Positions 30,073-41,710 of a stretch of DNA of 51,193 nucleotides are shown one piece after another. Made by a program: the position numbers and the translations under genes. The stretch is from Veleropilina oligotropha (Eukaryota). The DNA lies in contig JBEUKZ010000046.1 of the NCBI GenBank assembly GCA_048128005.1, forward strand, positions 186,001 through 237,193, written 5' to 3'. The notes under the pieces were generated by a model, which was not told the DNA's origin, did not search any database, and saw only the letters and a list, made by a program, of their open reading frames with translations. Every line of letters starts with the position of its first letter. The first letter of the stretch is position 1.

Positions 30073-33030
30073 TTACTGATTAGAAGACCTCGGTCTAACA
30101 ATAACCCGTTGAGCAGCAACACAGTGCAAACTGCTTAGGCCATCAGCCCCGGTTGAGTAGTCGCGCAGATAATGTTTGACAAACACGTTAGCGTTTTTCC
30201 AATATCCGGCCTGTAGTAACGCATTGATATTTAGATTATGGCGGAAGGCTACAGACGCTGCAATGGCCCGGACCTCATGTGCGCGGACCGATAAAATAGT
30301 TCGGTCGTCGTCATCACAACGGATGTAAACATCTCTCACAGTTTGTGAAATCCACCGCGAAACAGTAGTCCTCGTAATGTCGCGGGTGTAGGTGGGCAAA
30401 TACGATATGAATAAACGTAATTTTCCCTGTCGCAACTCACGGGTTCTGTCTAGGTAGAATCGAAGCGCCCGGACCGGGCAATTGAAGCGGTCTGCGTCGC
30501 GCCTTCCGACTAGCGTTAGCTTGGGAATAACAACATCGGGTGCGTCCTCGTTCGGCCGCTGGTTCTTGGCTAAGAAGCCCAGAATGGGACGCAGTATCAC
30601 TGACCCGTCTGACTGGAATCGTATGTCTCTTAGCTCGGAGGAGAAAGCATGAATCTCGGAACAACGCCTGCCCGACGCTAAGGCGATCAGAAAAACTGTT
30701 TTGTGCGTCAAGTTCCTCATGGTTATCTCGGACATCGGCTCATACGGGGGTAAGAGTAATGCGTTAAGAATAAGTACGATATTCCAGGCAGGTGGCTTAA
30801 TTCTTCGGGTCGGTATCTCGAGTTCATAAGATCGTATAAAATCTGATATCGTTCGGTCGCTTGATAGGCCAGCATGGGCACGACACTGCTTTAGCGTGGT
30901 CGCGATCGTTGCCCGATAGCCTTTGACGGCGGACACTGACATACCGCGGTCGAAGAGCGACGATAAAAACTCGATAAACTTGTTCACAGGGGGACGGAGT
31001 ATATTGATCTGCCTGCTGTGACACCAATCCACGTACTTAACCCATCGGTAGTCATAGACTTTTGTAGTGGAAATCCTTCTCGATCGATAGATACGTAAGG
31101 CTGTAGCTTTAGAAAATCCTTTCTTAGCAAGGGATCGTTCGATAACCGCCAGGCGTGTAAACGTAAGTGGTTCGGCGACTCGTGGAGTACACGGGTGCGT
31201 GGTTGCATTAACAGGTCTAGTTTCTGCGGTAACGCTAACGGTCGATCGACGATCAGATCGAGGAGGGTCGGAAACCAAGGTTGCGTGCGATAAAGGGGCG
31301 CTATTAGCGTTATCTCGCAACGTTCGGTCGCTGCCTTCTGTAATACCAGTGATAGAATGCACGTCGGGGGGAAGGCATACGCGGACAGATTCTCCCATGT
31401 CATTGACATTGCGTCGACCGCCAGGGCGGCCGGGTCTGGGTACGGGGAGACATACAGAGGTAGTCGGTAATTGAATTCTGTTGCAAACAAGTCGACTTGG
31501 GGTTGCGACCACCGGCGGCAAACATCCCGAGCTACTCGGCTGTGTAGCGTCCACTCTGTGTGTATAATCTGTGATCTCCGAGAGAGCGAATCCGCTCTGA
31601 CATTCAGCTTTCCCGGGATGTGTCGGGCTCGAATCGTCGAGTTGAGGGACATCACTAAGCGGTGTAGGTCTATTGCTCGGTCGCATAGGGGACGCGAGCG
31701 TGTACCGCCCTGGTGCTGTATGTAAGCGACGACAGTCGTGTTGTCCGTGGCGAGCATTATATGCTTGTTGCGGAGATGTGACGAGAGGGACCGTACTGAC
31801 AGGTAGACGGCTTCTAACTCTAGGAAGTTGATATGTCGTCCCTGAAGGTCTGTCGGCCATAGGCCTGATGTCTCGTAACTGTCGAGGTGACCACCCCAGC
31901 CGTCGTTCGAAGCGTCTGTGAACAGGTAAGCGTTCGGCTCTGGTGGGGATATAGGAACCGACTGGTCCGGCAAAGCGGGGTTCAACCACACTGCTGTCGT
32001 GTCGGTAAACCAATGCCGTAGATCGATGCGATCCTTCCACTGCCCCGTCCGTTGTATCCAGCGATCCCTGAAAGCCTGTTGTAACGGTCTTTTGTCCATG
32101 CGACCCGTCGGTAGCAGGGGCGCTACCGACTCGATGTGCCCCAGGACAGTGGCCAGTTGTCGCGCCGTAGTTATGTCCGATGACAGGGTGTCTTGGATAA
32201 CCGCGCGTAGGTTCCGCATACGCTTCTGGGTCGGCTTCGCGGTGTACCGGACCGTATCGAAGTCGACTCCGAGGAACGTAAACGTCGTCGAGGGCACGAA
32301 GCAGGATTTTGTCTCGTTGATCTGAAATCCCAGGCGCTTCGTCGATGACAGGGTAAAGCTCGTAGACCGGAGGCACAGATCTCGGGACGCCCCGAGGATC
32401 AGCCAGTCGTCGAGGTACATATGTACCCTGTGCCCTAGAGAGTGTAGGAAGGCCCCCAGGGCCTGTACTGTTCTCGTGAAGACGTACGGGGCTGACGATA
32501 GACCGAACGGTAGGCACCTGAATTGGTAGATCGTCTCCCCGTGTATAAACCGAAGGTACTGATGAGCCGTGATATGCATCGGGACATGCAGATACGCGTC
32601 GGCGAGATCGATAGACGCTGCCCAGTCGCCCGGACGGATGGCCGCTCGAATCTTCGAGAGGGTTTCTTGCTGGAATTTCTCGGTACGAAGATATAGGTTT
32701 AGGTACGAGAGATCGAGGATCGGTCTCCAGCGGCCATCGGGTTTCGGGACCAGGAAGAAATGGCTGTAAAATCCTGGTGTGCTGGGCGGCGCGGGATATA
32801 TCGCTCTTTTTAGGAGCAAATCCCGCACTGCCTGGTCTAAGACCGCTTGTTTCTCTCCGTTTAGGAGGCGAGCGTGTCTTGTTGGTGGTGCCTCGGTTAG
32901 GGTCGGATGCCGGTTGAATGCCAACTTGTATCCGGCACTCACGACTAAGTGGACCCAGTTGCTGTCTGTCAGCTCTAGCCAGGGCTGGCTGTGTGCTAAC
33001 AGGCACGCTCCCACCGGCGGGAGCGGGCAA
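30073..33030 (-). CDS. DIRS tyrosine recombinase ORF, copy C
   Basis: Catalytic motifs intact. Confidence 0.92.
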   Translation of the reverse strand: MPAPAGGSVPVSTQPALARADRQQLGPLSRECRIQVGIQPASDPNRGTTNKTRSPPKRRETSGLRPGSAGFAPKKSDISRAAQHTRILQPFLPGPETRWPLETDPRSLVPKPISSYREIPARNPLEDSSGHPSGRLGSVYRSRRRVSACPDAYHGSSVPSVYTRGDDLPIQVPTVRSIVSPVRLHENSTGPGGLPTLSRAQGTYVPRRLADPRGVPRSVPPVYELYPVIDEAPGISDQRDKILLRALDDVYVPRSRLRYGPVHREADPEAYAEPTRGYPRHPVIGHNYGATTGHCPGAHRVGSAPATDGSHGQKTVTTGFQGSLDTTDGAVEGSHRSTALVYRHDSSVVEPRFAGPVGSYIPTRAERLPVHRRFERRLGWSPRQLRDIRPMADRPSGTTYQLPRVRSRLPVSTVPLVTSPQQAYNARHGQHDCRRLHTAPGRYTLASPMRPSNRPTPLSDVPQLDDSSPTHPGKAECQSGFALSEITDYTHRVDATQPSSSGCLPPVVATPSRLVCNRIQLPTTSVCLPVPRPGRPGGRRNVNDMGESVRVCLPPDVHSITGITEGSDRTLRDNANSAPLSHATLVSDPPRSDRRSTVSVTAETRPVNATTHPCTPRVAEPLTFTRLAVIERSLAKKGFSKATALRIYRSRRISTTKVYDYRWVKYVDWCHSRQINILRPPVNKFIEFLSSLFDRGMSVSAVKGYRATIATTLKQCRAHAGLSSDRTISDFIRSYELEIPTRRIKPPAWNIVLILNALLLPPYEPMSEITMRNLTHKTVFLIALASGRRCSEIHAFSSELRDIRFQSDGSVILRPILGFLAKNQRPNEDAPDVVIPKLTLVGRRDADRFNCPVRALRFYLDRTRELRQGKLRLFISYLPTYTRDITRTTVSRWISQTVRDVYIRCDDDDRTILSVRAHEVRAIAASVAFRHNLNINALLQAGYWKNANVFVKHYLRDYSTGADGLSSLHCVAAQRVIVRPRSSNQ
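30984..33014 (-). CDS. DIRS RT-RNase H-MT ORF, copy C
   Basis: One aa difference (EAVY vs EAVF) from copies A and B. Confidence 0.95.
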   Translation of the reverse strand: MGACLLAHSQPWLELTDSNWVHLVVSAGYKLAFNRHPTLTEAPPTRHARLLNGEKQAVLDQAVRDLLLKRAIYPAPPSTPGFYSHFFLVPKPDGRWRPILDLSYLNLYLRTEKFQQETLSKIRAAIRPGDWAASIDLADAYLHVPMHITAHQYLRFIHGETIYQFRCLPFGLSSAPYVFTRTVQALGAFLHSLGHRVHMYLDDWLILGASRDLCLRSTSFTLSSTKRLGFQINETKSCFVPSTTFTFLGVDFDTVRYTAKPTQKRMRNLRAVIQDTLSSDITTARQLATVLGHIESVAPLLPTGRMDKRPLQQAFRDRWIQRTGQWKDRIDLRHWFTDTTAVWLNPALPDQSVPISPPEPNAYLFTDASNDGWGGHLDSYETSGLWPTDLQGRHINFLELEAVYLSVRSLSSHLRNKHIMLATDNTTVVAYIQHQGGTRSRPLCDRAIDLHRLVMSLNSTIRARHIPGKLNVRADSLSRRSQIIHTEWTLHSRVARDVCRRWSQPQVDLFATEFNYRLPLYVSPYPDPAALAVDAMSMTWENLSAYAFPPTCILSLVLQKAATERCEITLIAPLYRTQPWFPTLLDLIVDRPLALPQKLDLLMQPRTRVLHESPNHLRLHAWRLSNDPLLRKDFLKLQPYVSIDREGFPLQKSMTTDGLSTWIGVTAGRSIYSVPL

Positions 33031-33057
33031 CTGGGGCCGTCGCGAATGCCGGCAGCC

Positions 33058-35307
33058 CTAGGGCCGAGGCTTCCCTATCCCGCTCTGCTTACGGGATTTC
33101 GCTGGAGGTGCTCGCCTCGTCTGAGTGGGTTTATTGGCCGGCGGCCTACCACCAGAAGAGGGCTTCGCACGCTTAGAAGGCTTCGGGGCCGGGGTGGGCC
33201 CGGAGCGCTTCTTCGAGTTGGCAGGTGGACCCCGGGTGGGGAGCAGTACTGCCTTCTCGATGGCACGGTCCTTAATGTCCGCCGCTCTCTTGTCAACAAA
33301 CTCCGTGAAGTTGTCACCAAAGAGAGTGGTGGCCGAGCAAGGTACGCATCGCAACGAGCGCCGGGTGGGCTCGTCCAGCGAGGTACCTTCCAGGCAAGCA
33401 TCCCTACGAAGTAGGAGGGCATTGCCCAGGACACGTCCCGTCTCCAACGCGCTGGTCTCCTGCGCGGCAGCAACCTCCTGGAGGAAGGACAGGGCAGCCT
33501 CGGTGGCGCCGGGTCCATTCTCCTGTAATACGGCTATCGCCCCGTCTAGGAAAAAATCCTGAACGGACGATAGCCGCAGAGCCCGTCGGGCGGAGCTCTC
33601 GAAAGCTTCCAAGGCGGACCAAGGAACTTTCGCTACGGAGGGAGTGTGACTGGCGGTCAGTCGACGCAACGAAGCGTCAACACGAGCCGGCTCAGTCGCC
33701 AGGCACGGGCCAGTGCATTCGAACGGGATCGCTCGAGAACTGGCCCGGAGGTACCTCCCACTACGGAACCCCGAAGGGAACTCGTTCAGCGGGGAGGACT
33801 CCACCGGATTGCGCCCCTGAACGAGCTTGGTGATCGAGTCTACAACAAGATCCACCAGCCCGGACTGAGGTAAGGAGGGGAGCTCGGGGGCTTCCCTCGC
33901 AACAAACCGATGTGCTGCCGTCCTATGCTTGGCTACGTCTACAGCCGACCGAGTCGGTTCCGACAAGCCAAGCACCCCGCGAAGTGACGCAACAGCGTCG
34001 AGCCTTCGGCGGGTGGAGGAGGTCGGCTCCTGCGTGCCTGTAAGACTAATGTCTTCGGACCCGACCGATTCAGGGAGGTCGGAGTGATTTGAACAGAGAT
34101 CCTCGTCGGAACGAGGGTCGATGTCTATCACTGAGGCAGGAGCCGTGCTCTGCGCCATGGGCAGAAGTGTAGGTACCAGGTGCGGCTCGGGAGCCGTCGG
34201 CCAGGCCTTACACCGTTCCTCGATCCCCGCCGCGATCCATGCCTGGACGTTCTCAAAAGAGAAACCCGGAGGCAGGACGGGCGACGAACTAACAGCCGGT
34301 AGTTCTGTCGAGGTAACCGTGGCGCTAGGTAGACGGGCTGCATTGACAGGTCGAACCGAGGACCAGGGTCCACGGGCACTTGTCGAGGGGTCGAACCCGA
34401 AGGACTGGCCCGGAGGCGCAGTCAGTGGGCCGGACGACCGATAGGACTGCGGCAACAGTTCTGATCGGTCTACCACTCTGTTCGAGCGAGGCACGGACGG
34501 AAAACCGCCGTAGAACCCCGTCCCGAACGCAGCCGGTCTGTCCACGTTCTCTAGCGTGACCACGGTGGGTGCACGGGAGAGACCGGGCCCTCTGAATGTC
34601 TCGTGAGCTTCGAGGTTGAGCGGAAAACCCCTAGGGGAAGTCGCATCGTTCTCGACCGAGGATTCAGGTTTCGCCGATTGTCCGAGTCTTAGACCTACAA
34701 GTAGGTGCCCGGCCTCTTTAAAGGCTTTCTCTGCATTGGGTCTGTCACCGTAGGAAGACGGTGAGTTTCCCGCAGAAGGACTAACTGTCCCCTTATTCTT
34801 CGAGGCCGAAGAAAAGGATGGGGATGGTCTGCCCTGTTCAGCTGTTCGCTGCGCTGTCATGTATACCTTGCTAGCCGGCAAGGTATGGCTGACTGCAGTT
34901 ACTAGGCCCAGTTGTGGAGGAACGGTCGACACTCGGGTCTTTACCTGAATCTGGGGTACCGGCAAGGTTTCGGTGACTCTCCCAAGAGTCGCGGAGGTTT
35001 CGCCGGTGGATGCGGCGACAGACGTCCCCTTTTGTCGGCTGTCGTCCAGCGTCCCTGAAGTAGACAAATAAGAAACGTTAGGTAACTTACCGGTCTCTTC
35101 CTGACCCTTCTCCGGGGGAGGACCCACCGTGGCAGTCGCCCTGGTCGACTTACCGTGGTGAGACAGGGTTGCCCACTGCTTATCTGATAGAAGAAAGCAC
35201 AGATCACATTGATGATGTATACTACAGCTACGGTGTTTACAACATTCCTTGTGCCTATCAAATGCGTGAATTTTCTGGTTACACCCGGAGCTACTGCACC
35301 GGACCAT
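33058..35307 (-). CDS. DIRS Gag-like ORF1, copy C
   Basis: As in A and B, with an in-frame 2-aa insertion (RQKGTS) and several substitutions. Confidence 0.85.
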   Translation of the reverse strand: MVRCSSSGCNQKIHAFDRHKECCKHRSCSIHHQCDLCFLLSDKQWATLSHHGKSTRATATVGPPPEKGQEETGKLPNVSYLSTSGTLDDSRQKGTSVAASTGETSATLGRVTETLPVPQIQVKTRVSTVPPQLGLVTAVSHTLPASKVYMTAQRTAEQGRPSPSFSSASKNKGTVSPSAGNSPSSYGDRPNAEKAFKEAGHLLVGLRLGQSAKPESSVENDATSPRGFPLNLEAHETFRGPGLSRAPTVVTLENVDRPAAFGTGFYGGFPSVPRSNRVVDRSELLPQSYRSSGPLTAPPGQSFGFDPSTSARGPWSSVRPVNAARLPSATVTSTELPAVSSSPVLPPGFSFENVQAWIAAGIEERCKAWPTAPEPHLVPTLLPMAQSTAPASVIDIDPRSDEDLCSNHSDLPESVGSEDISLTGTQEPTSSTRRRLDAVASLRGVLGLSEPTRSAVDVAKHRTAAHRFVAREAPELPSLPQSGLVDLVVDSITKLVQGRNPVESSPLNEFPSGFRSGRYLRASSRAIPFECTGPCLATEPARVDASLRRLTASHTPSVAKVPWSALEAFESSARRALRLSSVQDFFLDGAIAVLQENGPGATEAALSFLQEVAAAQETSALETGRVLGNALLLRRDACLEGTSLDEPTRRSLRCVPCSATTLFGDNFTEFVDKRAADIKDRAIEKAVLLPTRGPPANSKKRSGPTPAPKPSKRAKPSSGGRPPANKPTQTRRAPPAKSRKQSGIGKPRP

Positions 35308-35709
35308 AGCTAAATACACGGGAGGGTGGACGTGGGTAGACGGGGTAGATAAATAGGTATATATATGGTAGTTGAGACTTCTTTCCTTGGAGGGAGTACT
35401 ACGACAACTCACAGAATTGTCCTGATCTGAAGATTAGAGATCAAGCGATATACCGTTATTAGAACCCCGAACTGGGAACACCGAGGTCGGGTATTTTACC
35501 CGACCGACCCGGTAACCCGGCAAATTGACTAAAACAAAGGGGGGTTCTTTCCTCGAAAAAACCCGCCCAGAAAAACACCTGAAAACCTCGTGGATGTTTT
35601 AAGTTAGTACAATGGCGTATTATCCCAGCAACGGCAGGATATCAGAAAATTAACGCAAGCTTAATATCAAAAGATCCTGCCTTTTAACAACGCTAGAAAA
35701 TTTTATATA

Positions 35710-36298
35710 TCTTAATATAATGGAGCTATAATTGTATGCGGGCGGGCGTGTCTGTTTCAAGTTGTACTACTCCCAGACGCTTTGACCTACGACCTTCAAA
35801 CTTTGGGGGGTTAATCGGGGTCCCCCAAGGAAGGTTTACCACGAAAAAAATTCGGAAAATTCGGGAAAAAAAAAAAATATTACTATATATCTTCATATAA
35901 TGGATGTGTGTGTGTGTGTCTGTTTCAAGTTGAACTCCTCCCAGACGCTTTGACCTAGCACCTTCAAACTTTGGGGGGTTAATCGGGGTCCCCCAAGGAA
36001 GGTTTACCACGAAAAAAATTCGGAAAATTCGGGAAAAAAAAAAAAATTACTATATATCTTCATATAATGGATGTGTGTGTGTGTGTCTGTTTCAAGTTGA
36101 ACTCCTCCCAGACGCTTTGACCTAGGACCTTCAAACTTTGGGGGGTTAATCGGGGTCCCCCAAGGAAGGTTTACCACGAAAAAAATTCGGAAAATTCGGG
36201 AAAAAAAAAAAAATTTAAGGGAGCACTATCCAAAAAAAAAAAAAAAAAAAAAAAAAGGTGGGGGGACTTACCCGGCGAAGACGGGTACCAAAAGCTAG
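35710..36298 (+). mobile_element. Non-autonomous Helitron (589 bp) inside DIRS copy C
   Basis: Absent from copies A and B; A|TC start, hairpin tacccggcgaagacgggta, CTAG|T end; three tandem 5' modules. Confidence 0.88.
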
Positions 36299-37489
36299 TA
36301 TATATAATAAATAACCAGCAAATAGCGTTGTTAAGGAATTATCCAATGTAATGAGTTACCTGTTTTGCAGTCTCAAACAATATCAGATAATTATACAGAC
36401 CAGAAATTTCAGCTACCACTCGAAACTTTCCCTCTAAGCGGCCATCTTTAATGGCCACTGGCGTCCTTGACGACGATGTCTGTTTCCTTTGATGTCCAGA
36501 ACTTCCTCGAAGTTTTGAGAATCACTCTTCTTATATTCACATGTGTTTTATATCCACAACACTGTTATATTCCACTACTTATATACTATATAAGTAGAAA
36601 CTGCGCCCTGATTTAACGTGAAATCGGGCGCCTATATCGAAATATTTGCGGAGCAAAAACAACGTCTTTCCGCGGCAGCGGAAAACTTTGAATTGATGTC
36701 ATGTGACTTCTATTGTTCAGAAGTCTCACGAGACTTGGCGAAGTCTCGCTAGGGAACGTGGGGGGTAGGAGCAGGGGAGGTAACCGTGTGCTTTTTTGGC
36801 TTATTAACGGTGCATTATGGGACATATTCACCATTTCCGGTTTGGGCGATAATATACTATTATGGCAAGAGTAAGGACGTAAGTATGTTTGTAACTATAT
36901 TAGACATTTAGAAATGCAATGTAGGTTTGTTATAATGACAATATATAGATCATTTCAATTTTGTAGTGCTTTTTGTGCTAAAACCAGGAATTAATAGGAG
37001 CATTTAAAAATTAAAATCACCCAATTATGCACAATTTGATTCTGACACATATTAAATTAAAATGGGGTGGTTGTTGCTAGGAAGAAAAAAAGTAGTTCCT
37101 AGAAACCTGGGACGTTTGATAAAGTCGACTTTATCACGTGGGCATTCCATCCTGTATCACGTTCTCATAGCACAAAACATTGATAAATAGTATTATCAAT
37201 GATATAAGTTATTTACTATCTTAATGCTTCTTTACTACAGAGCTTCTATAATATATTTTTCCATGACCATGTAACATAAGTAAGCATTTCCCAGGTTTCC
37301 AAGACCTGTACGAACCCTGTACGAACCCAGTAAAAATCATATAAATACGCCGAAAATTATTATATTGGTTATGGACCTGTTTCACATGAGATTCCATCTC
37401 AACTCCCTCTGATAGTATTACAGTCATTACACATTGGGTTGACCAAAGTAAATACAAATGTCAATATGCCCCAATGAATCATCAAGACT

Positions 37490-37563
37490 GTGGATCGAAC
37501 GCGAAACTCTCAAACCAGAATCCCATGAGTCGGTGACCTACCTACCCTCTGAGCCAAGATGGC
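37490..37563 (-). mobile_element. Degenerate tRNA-SINE head fragment
   Basis: Minus strand tggctcagagggtag (A box) ... gcgttcgatcc (B box). Confidence 0.35.
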
Positions 37564-38310
37564 ACATATTCATTATTGACAGAACTTTACACCATATAGA
37601 GAACTACTTTCAGTACGGTAACTAAATTAGTTAACATAAATTTATGTAATGGTTTAAGTCGGTTATTAGCTTCATAAGTAAATTTAGGCATCATGAAAAT
37701 AATAAAGGTTGTTACTTTTATTTGTGTTGATGATGTCCCTAAATGCTGATATGGAAAGGAAATGAACATAGAGCAAAAATCCTGTTCAGTGTTGAAAACT
37801 TGTAAAACAGGATGTGGATAATAATAATATATCATAATAAAACATAACTTCCTGGTAAGGAAGGATGGACGAAATGTTTTGTGATCATTCCAGCAATAAT
37901 TATGCCTTAGTTCGGTCAATAATTATAATCATTTAACCATCAATATATATTATTAAAATGCCTTTTGATTGGGTGGTCGATTAGTTTACAGTGATATGAG
38001 TTACCGTTACTGCAATCATAATGCCTATAGTATAGAATATATTGTATATACCGGTACCTCATTCTAAATTTCCGACACTTCATTCTGGCGAAACAAACAT
38101 TTTTCATTTAAGCTGAATTTGTACAACTTTATTAATTCATACGGTTAGTGCACAGTGTAGCTAAATGATAACATCAATAAATATATATAAAATATATTGT
38201 TACAAAATGTATGATATTATAGGATGTGAACGTGTATCAACTCACTACGATTACAGTACAAGTTTACCGTTGTATTCAAATTAACGGGAAATTTGAACAA
38301 GGCAACGTAT

Positions 38311-39225
38311 ATAATATAAGTTGTCGGCATTGCCCAAGGGGAATATGGGTCTATGTACCTGTTTGTGAGAATTTATTAACCGAGACGAAGTCGAGGTTAA
38401 TAAATTCTCACAAACGGTACATAGACCCATATTTCACGAAGGCTATGCCGACAACGAATTTATCTTACTTCAATATAATAAAATCAAGCCTTTTGAACAA
38501 GTTTATTTTCCAACTTCGTAACTCCGTGAAAGAATCCATTTTATATATGCTATTGTTGTTACGAAAAAAACGCGTTCCTAAAATAATGTTTTCAGCTCTA
38601 CCGAAGATCATGTGTAAAACTCGTGTTCAATATAAAAAATATTCCTTCCGTTATAACTGTGATATTTTAGCATAATTGCATGATTATTGAAAAATACACA
38701 AAGTATGTTTGTGGCAAATACACCCATACCATTATACATTATATAAAATATTGAATATATTCTGACGCGCCCATTAGAATGAAATAATAATGCCTAGCAA
38801 CCGTCACTCTCCAGGCAGAGAAATTAAGAATACTCCGTACAGTACAATAAAGAAATGACGTCTCTGCACAGGAGAGTAATAGGAAGTAGATGTAAACACC
38901 AAAATTAGCTAAATAAGGATACTTGGATATTCATTTTACATGAAAATGTCAAAAGTGTAAACCGTTACGACTAGAAAATGAAATTGATGCAAAATTTTCG
39001 AAACGATGGACGATTCCAAGACTTAACATTTACATTGATGTTTTGGCAGACGACATGTTCACAATTATCTCCGTTGTCTTCGAGGGCGCTCCAAATCACA
39101 ATAGTACACACAACTACGTAAGGTATAAATAATTCATATGCCCCGCCTGGGTGGGGAATACGGTAGTTGTCGAAGGAACGTTAACCAATCAGATTGCAGT
39201 ATTAAGAGCTAAAGTAAGATAATAA
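38311..39225. mobile_element. Probable non-autonomous element of uncertain class
   Basis: Nested inverted motifs at the left end (ttgtcggcat/atgccgacaa, tatgggtctatgtacc/ggtacatagacccata, tttgtgagaattt/aattctcacaaa) around ccgagacgaagtcgagg; right boundary uncertain. Confidence 0.4.
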
Positions 39226-39231
39226 TATATA

Positions 39232-40594
39232 CAGGGCTGTAGATAATTTTCACCCCTGATGAGTGTTTACTCATCATTTTGAAATGCTATGAGTAACGGC
39301 AAATGCTGACGAGTAAATGTACTCATAAATTTTAGAACCTATGAGTAAAACGTTTAAATGATTGAAGTATGTTTCTTATTCTTTCACATTTGATAATCAT
39401 ACAATGTTTTCAGGATCAAAGTGCACTAACCACAATGATGTACATCATACATGTACATGATAATAATCTCCAACGATATGGACATGTCTCATATTACCTA
39501 AACTCTTAGCAGGACAATAAACAATCAATGTTTCATTTGATAGACTCTCATATAGGACATGCAATAACTGTTCCTCTTGACACAATAAGAGACTATAACA
39601 TCATTAATTTGTAACATTGTTAATATTAAATTGCTGCAATTGAATAAAGTGTATGAAACAAACATGACCATGGTTCACCATACAAACATTTGACAGGGGG
39701 AGTGACTTCTCTTTTGAGGGACAACATTGACAGGTTAGGCATCGCACGGATAAGTGAATAATTGAGATGTTATGGACATCATATTGTTACACACTGTTTA
39801 CCCAAAATAAATACTTGACAATAATTAGCAAATTATATTTTGAGGATACTGTATACATAAAAAAGATTATTTTGTCAATCTTTTACATCACGTTTTACTA
39901 GTTTTCGAACAAGTACAGGAATGTGAGCATATGTTGATTGGATTGACTGGCGGTCGTAGACGTATTTTTGTTTGTAAGGTTAAAATTTGCTTCTAAGCTG
40001 ACAGCGTGTTTCTGTCAACTTTCACCTAATTACCTCCGACTTCCACACAAGTCCGCCTTTGATTAAACCGTACATATTAACATCGCGCTGTTGCCCATTG
40101 CTTTAGTGCTAACTTTCAACCGGTAAGGATTTTCTTCGTGGTAAACCTCGAGGTTTTTATTAACAACATCATTAATGGTTGGGCTTTCGACTTTTCCGCG
40201 GAAATTGATCATGCGATGGTTTAAAAGCTCAAGACACTGTCTTGCTTTGACCATTTTGTGTCGACATTTTGATTTTTCAAGCGGACGATTGTAAAAGTAA
40301 TTTCATTGGCTGGAAGTTGATTATTGGGCCAATATAATTGCTTCTTTCATAGGAGTTTTGCTGACCATATGAGTTACCCCCCTTATGTCAATCAGGATTT
40401 TCCGACAAATCCCTAGCAGTAGCGATTGATATTCATCTGTGACACAGGAGCTGTCGTGTACGCAATGATTATTTTATCTATGCGTATTTATTAAAAGACA
40501 TGCGTAAGTGATACACACATATTTCAAACATCCTGCGTAATGATGCAAAAACCATGCATAATATATGCAAATACGCATGCTATATAGAGCCCTG
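39232..40594. mobile_element. Non-autonomous hAT-like DNA transposon
   Basis: TIRs cagggctgtagata / tatatagagccctg; tatata on both flanks; subterminal tgagta and tgcgta repeats. Confidence 0.55.
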
Positions 40595-41710
40595 TATATA
40601 TGCTTTTCTAACACAATTAGCATAATAAACGCTGCATTACTTGAATAAGGTCGTTTTATTATAATTTATTCATGTCGAATCATGGGTTGATGAGAAACGC
40701 ACATACTTTGACTTGTCTATAAAATTTCGTTATTTGAAAAGAATGCTAACCTGATAATCTACCAACTATGACTGATGTTACTTACCAATGTAAATAATAA
40801 GTAGTATATCACAGTTGCACCAGCTAAATCTCCATGTCATTCAGGGCATATCTCAAACATCAACATAAGTATAAATAAGAGTTAATTAAATAATTAACAT
40901 AAAATTAATTATATTCAAAACACAACGATCACTTGGTCGTAGATGCGATTAGTCCTTTGATTGAATCCACTTTGACTAATATTTGTCCATATAAAATCAA
41001 ATTATGACATTGAATGGTTGTCACAAGTTTTGAAACCTTATGACATACGAAATCTACTGCCAGCGGCAGCTACGCAGATCTGCCCATCTCCAGTCGGGCC
41101 CTATTGGAAGTGAATCAGACACTTGAGTTCAGCACAGATAATCGCGTAGTGATGAGAATCTTAAACGTCCGGCTTCAGCCTACACTACAATTCAAACAAA
41201 TAGGTTATCCCTGCGTTTGTAAACGCCCCAGCTTCCAGTAGCACGTGACTAGTATTGACTATCGTTGTCTAACCGTGGACAACATTCCTACGCTTGACAC
41301 CTTCACGTAAACTCAGTGAATGTTGATCTCGAAATATATCCATAAGCCTTAAAATCTCAAGGCCGTCGATTCAGGAAACGGAAGATGACGAATCAAATAT
41401 GGCGGACGGGCACTACTTTTGTAATTGATATTCATACGTAGTATAGTGCAAATAAAAACTGCGATGACATCTCGTTCAGAAAGCACAATTACCAGTAACT
41501 AATACATCGGATAAGATTGGCGTACAATCGTTTGGTATATGTATTATACCATTGCGACGTGTTAATCGATAAGATTATGTTTGATCGACTTGTGTCGACA
41601 GTGCCCTACTTTTTCGCGAGCGGCTAATTTAAATCGGGGGCGTATAGGCCTCATGGGTCCATCGTTATCATAGGCCTTTACATGCTTGCATATTATATAC
41701 GTCAATAGTG

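Larger units (their letters stand above)
28844..36900 (-). mobile_element. DIRS1-type YR retrotransposon, copy C, with a Helitron in its 5' leader
   Basis: ITRs 28844-29083 and 36684-36900 share a private +A (cgttaataag); ICR 29144-29234; three intact ORFs. Confidence 0.95.

Noticed and set aside
38226..38675. 149-aa ORF
   Set aside because: GTG start, no domain features, and it overlaps an inverted-repeat-rich element end.
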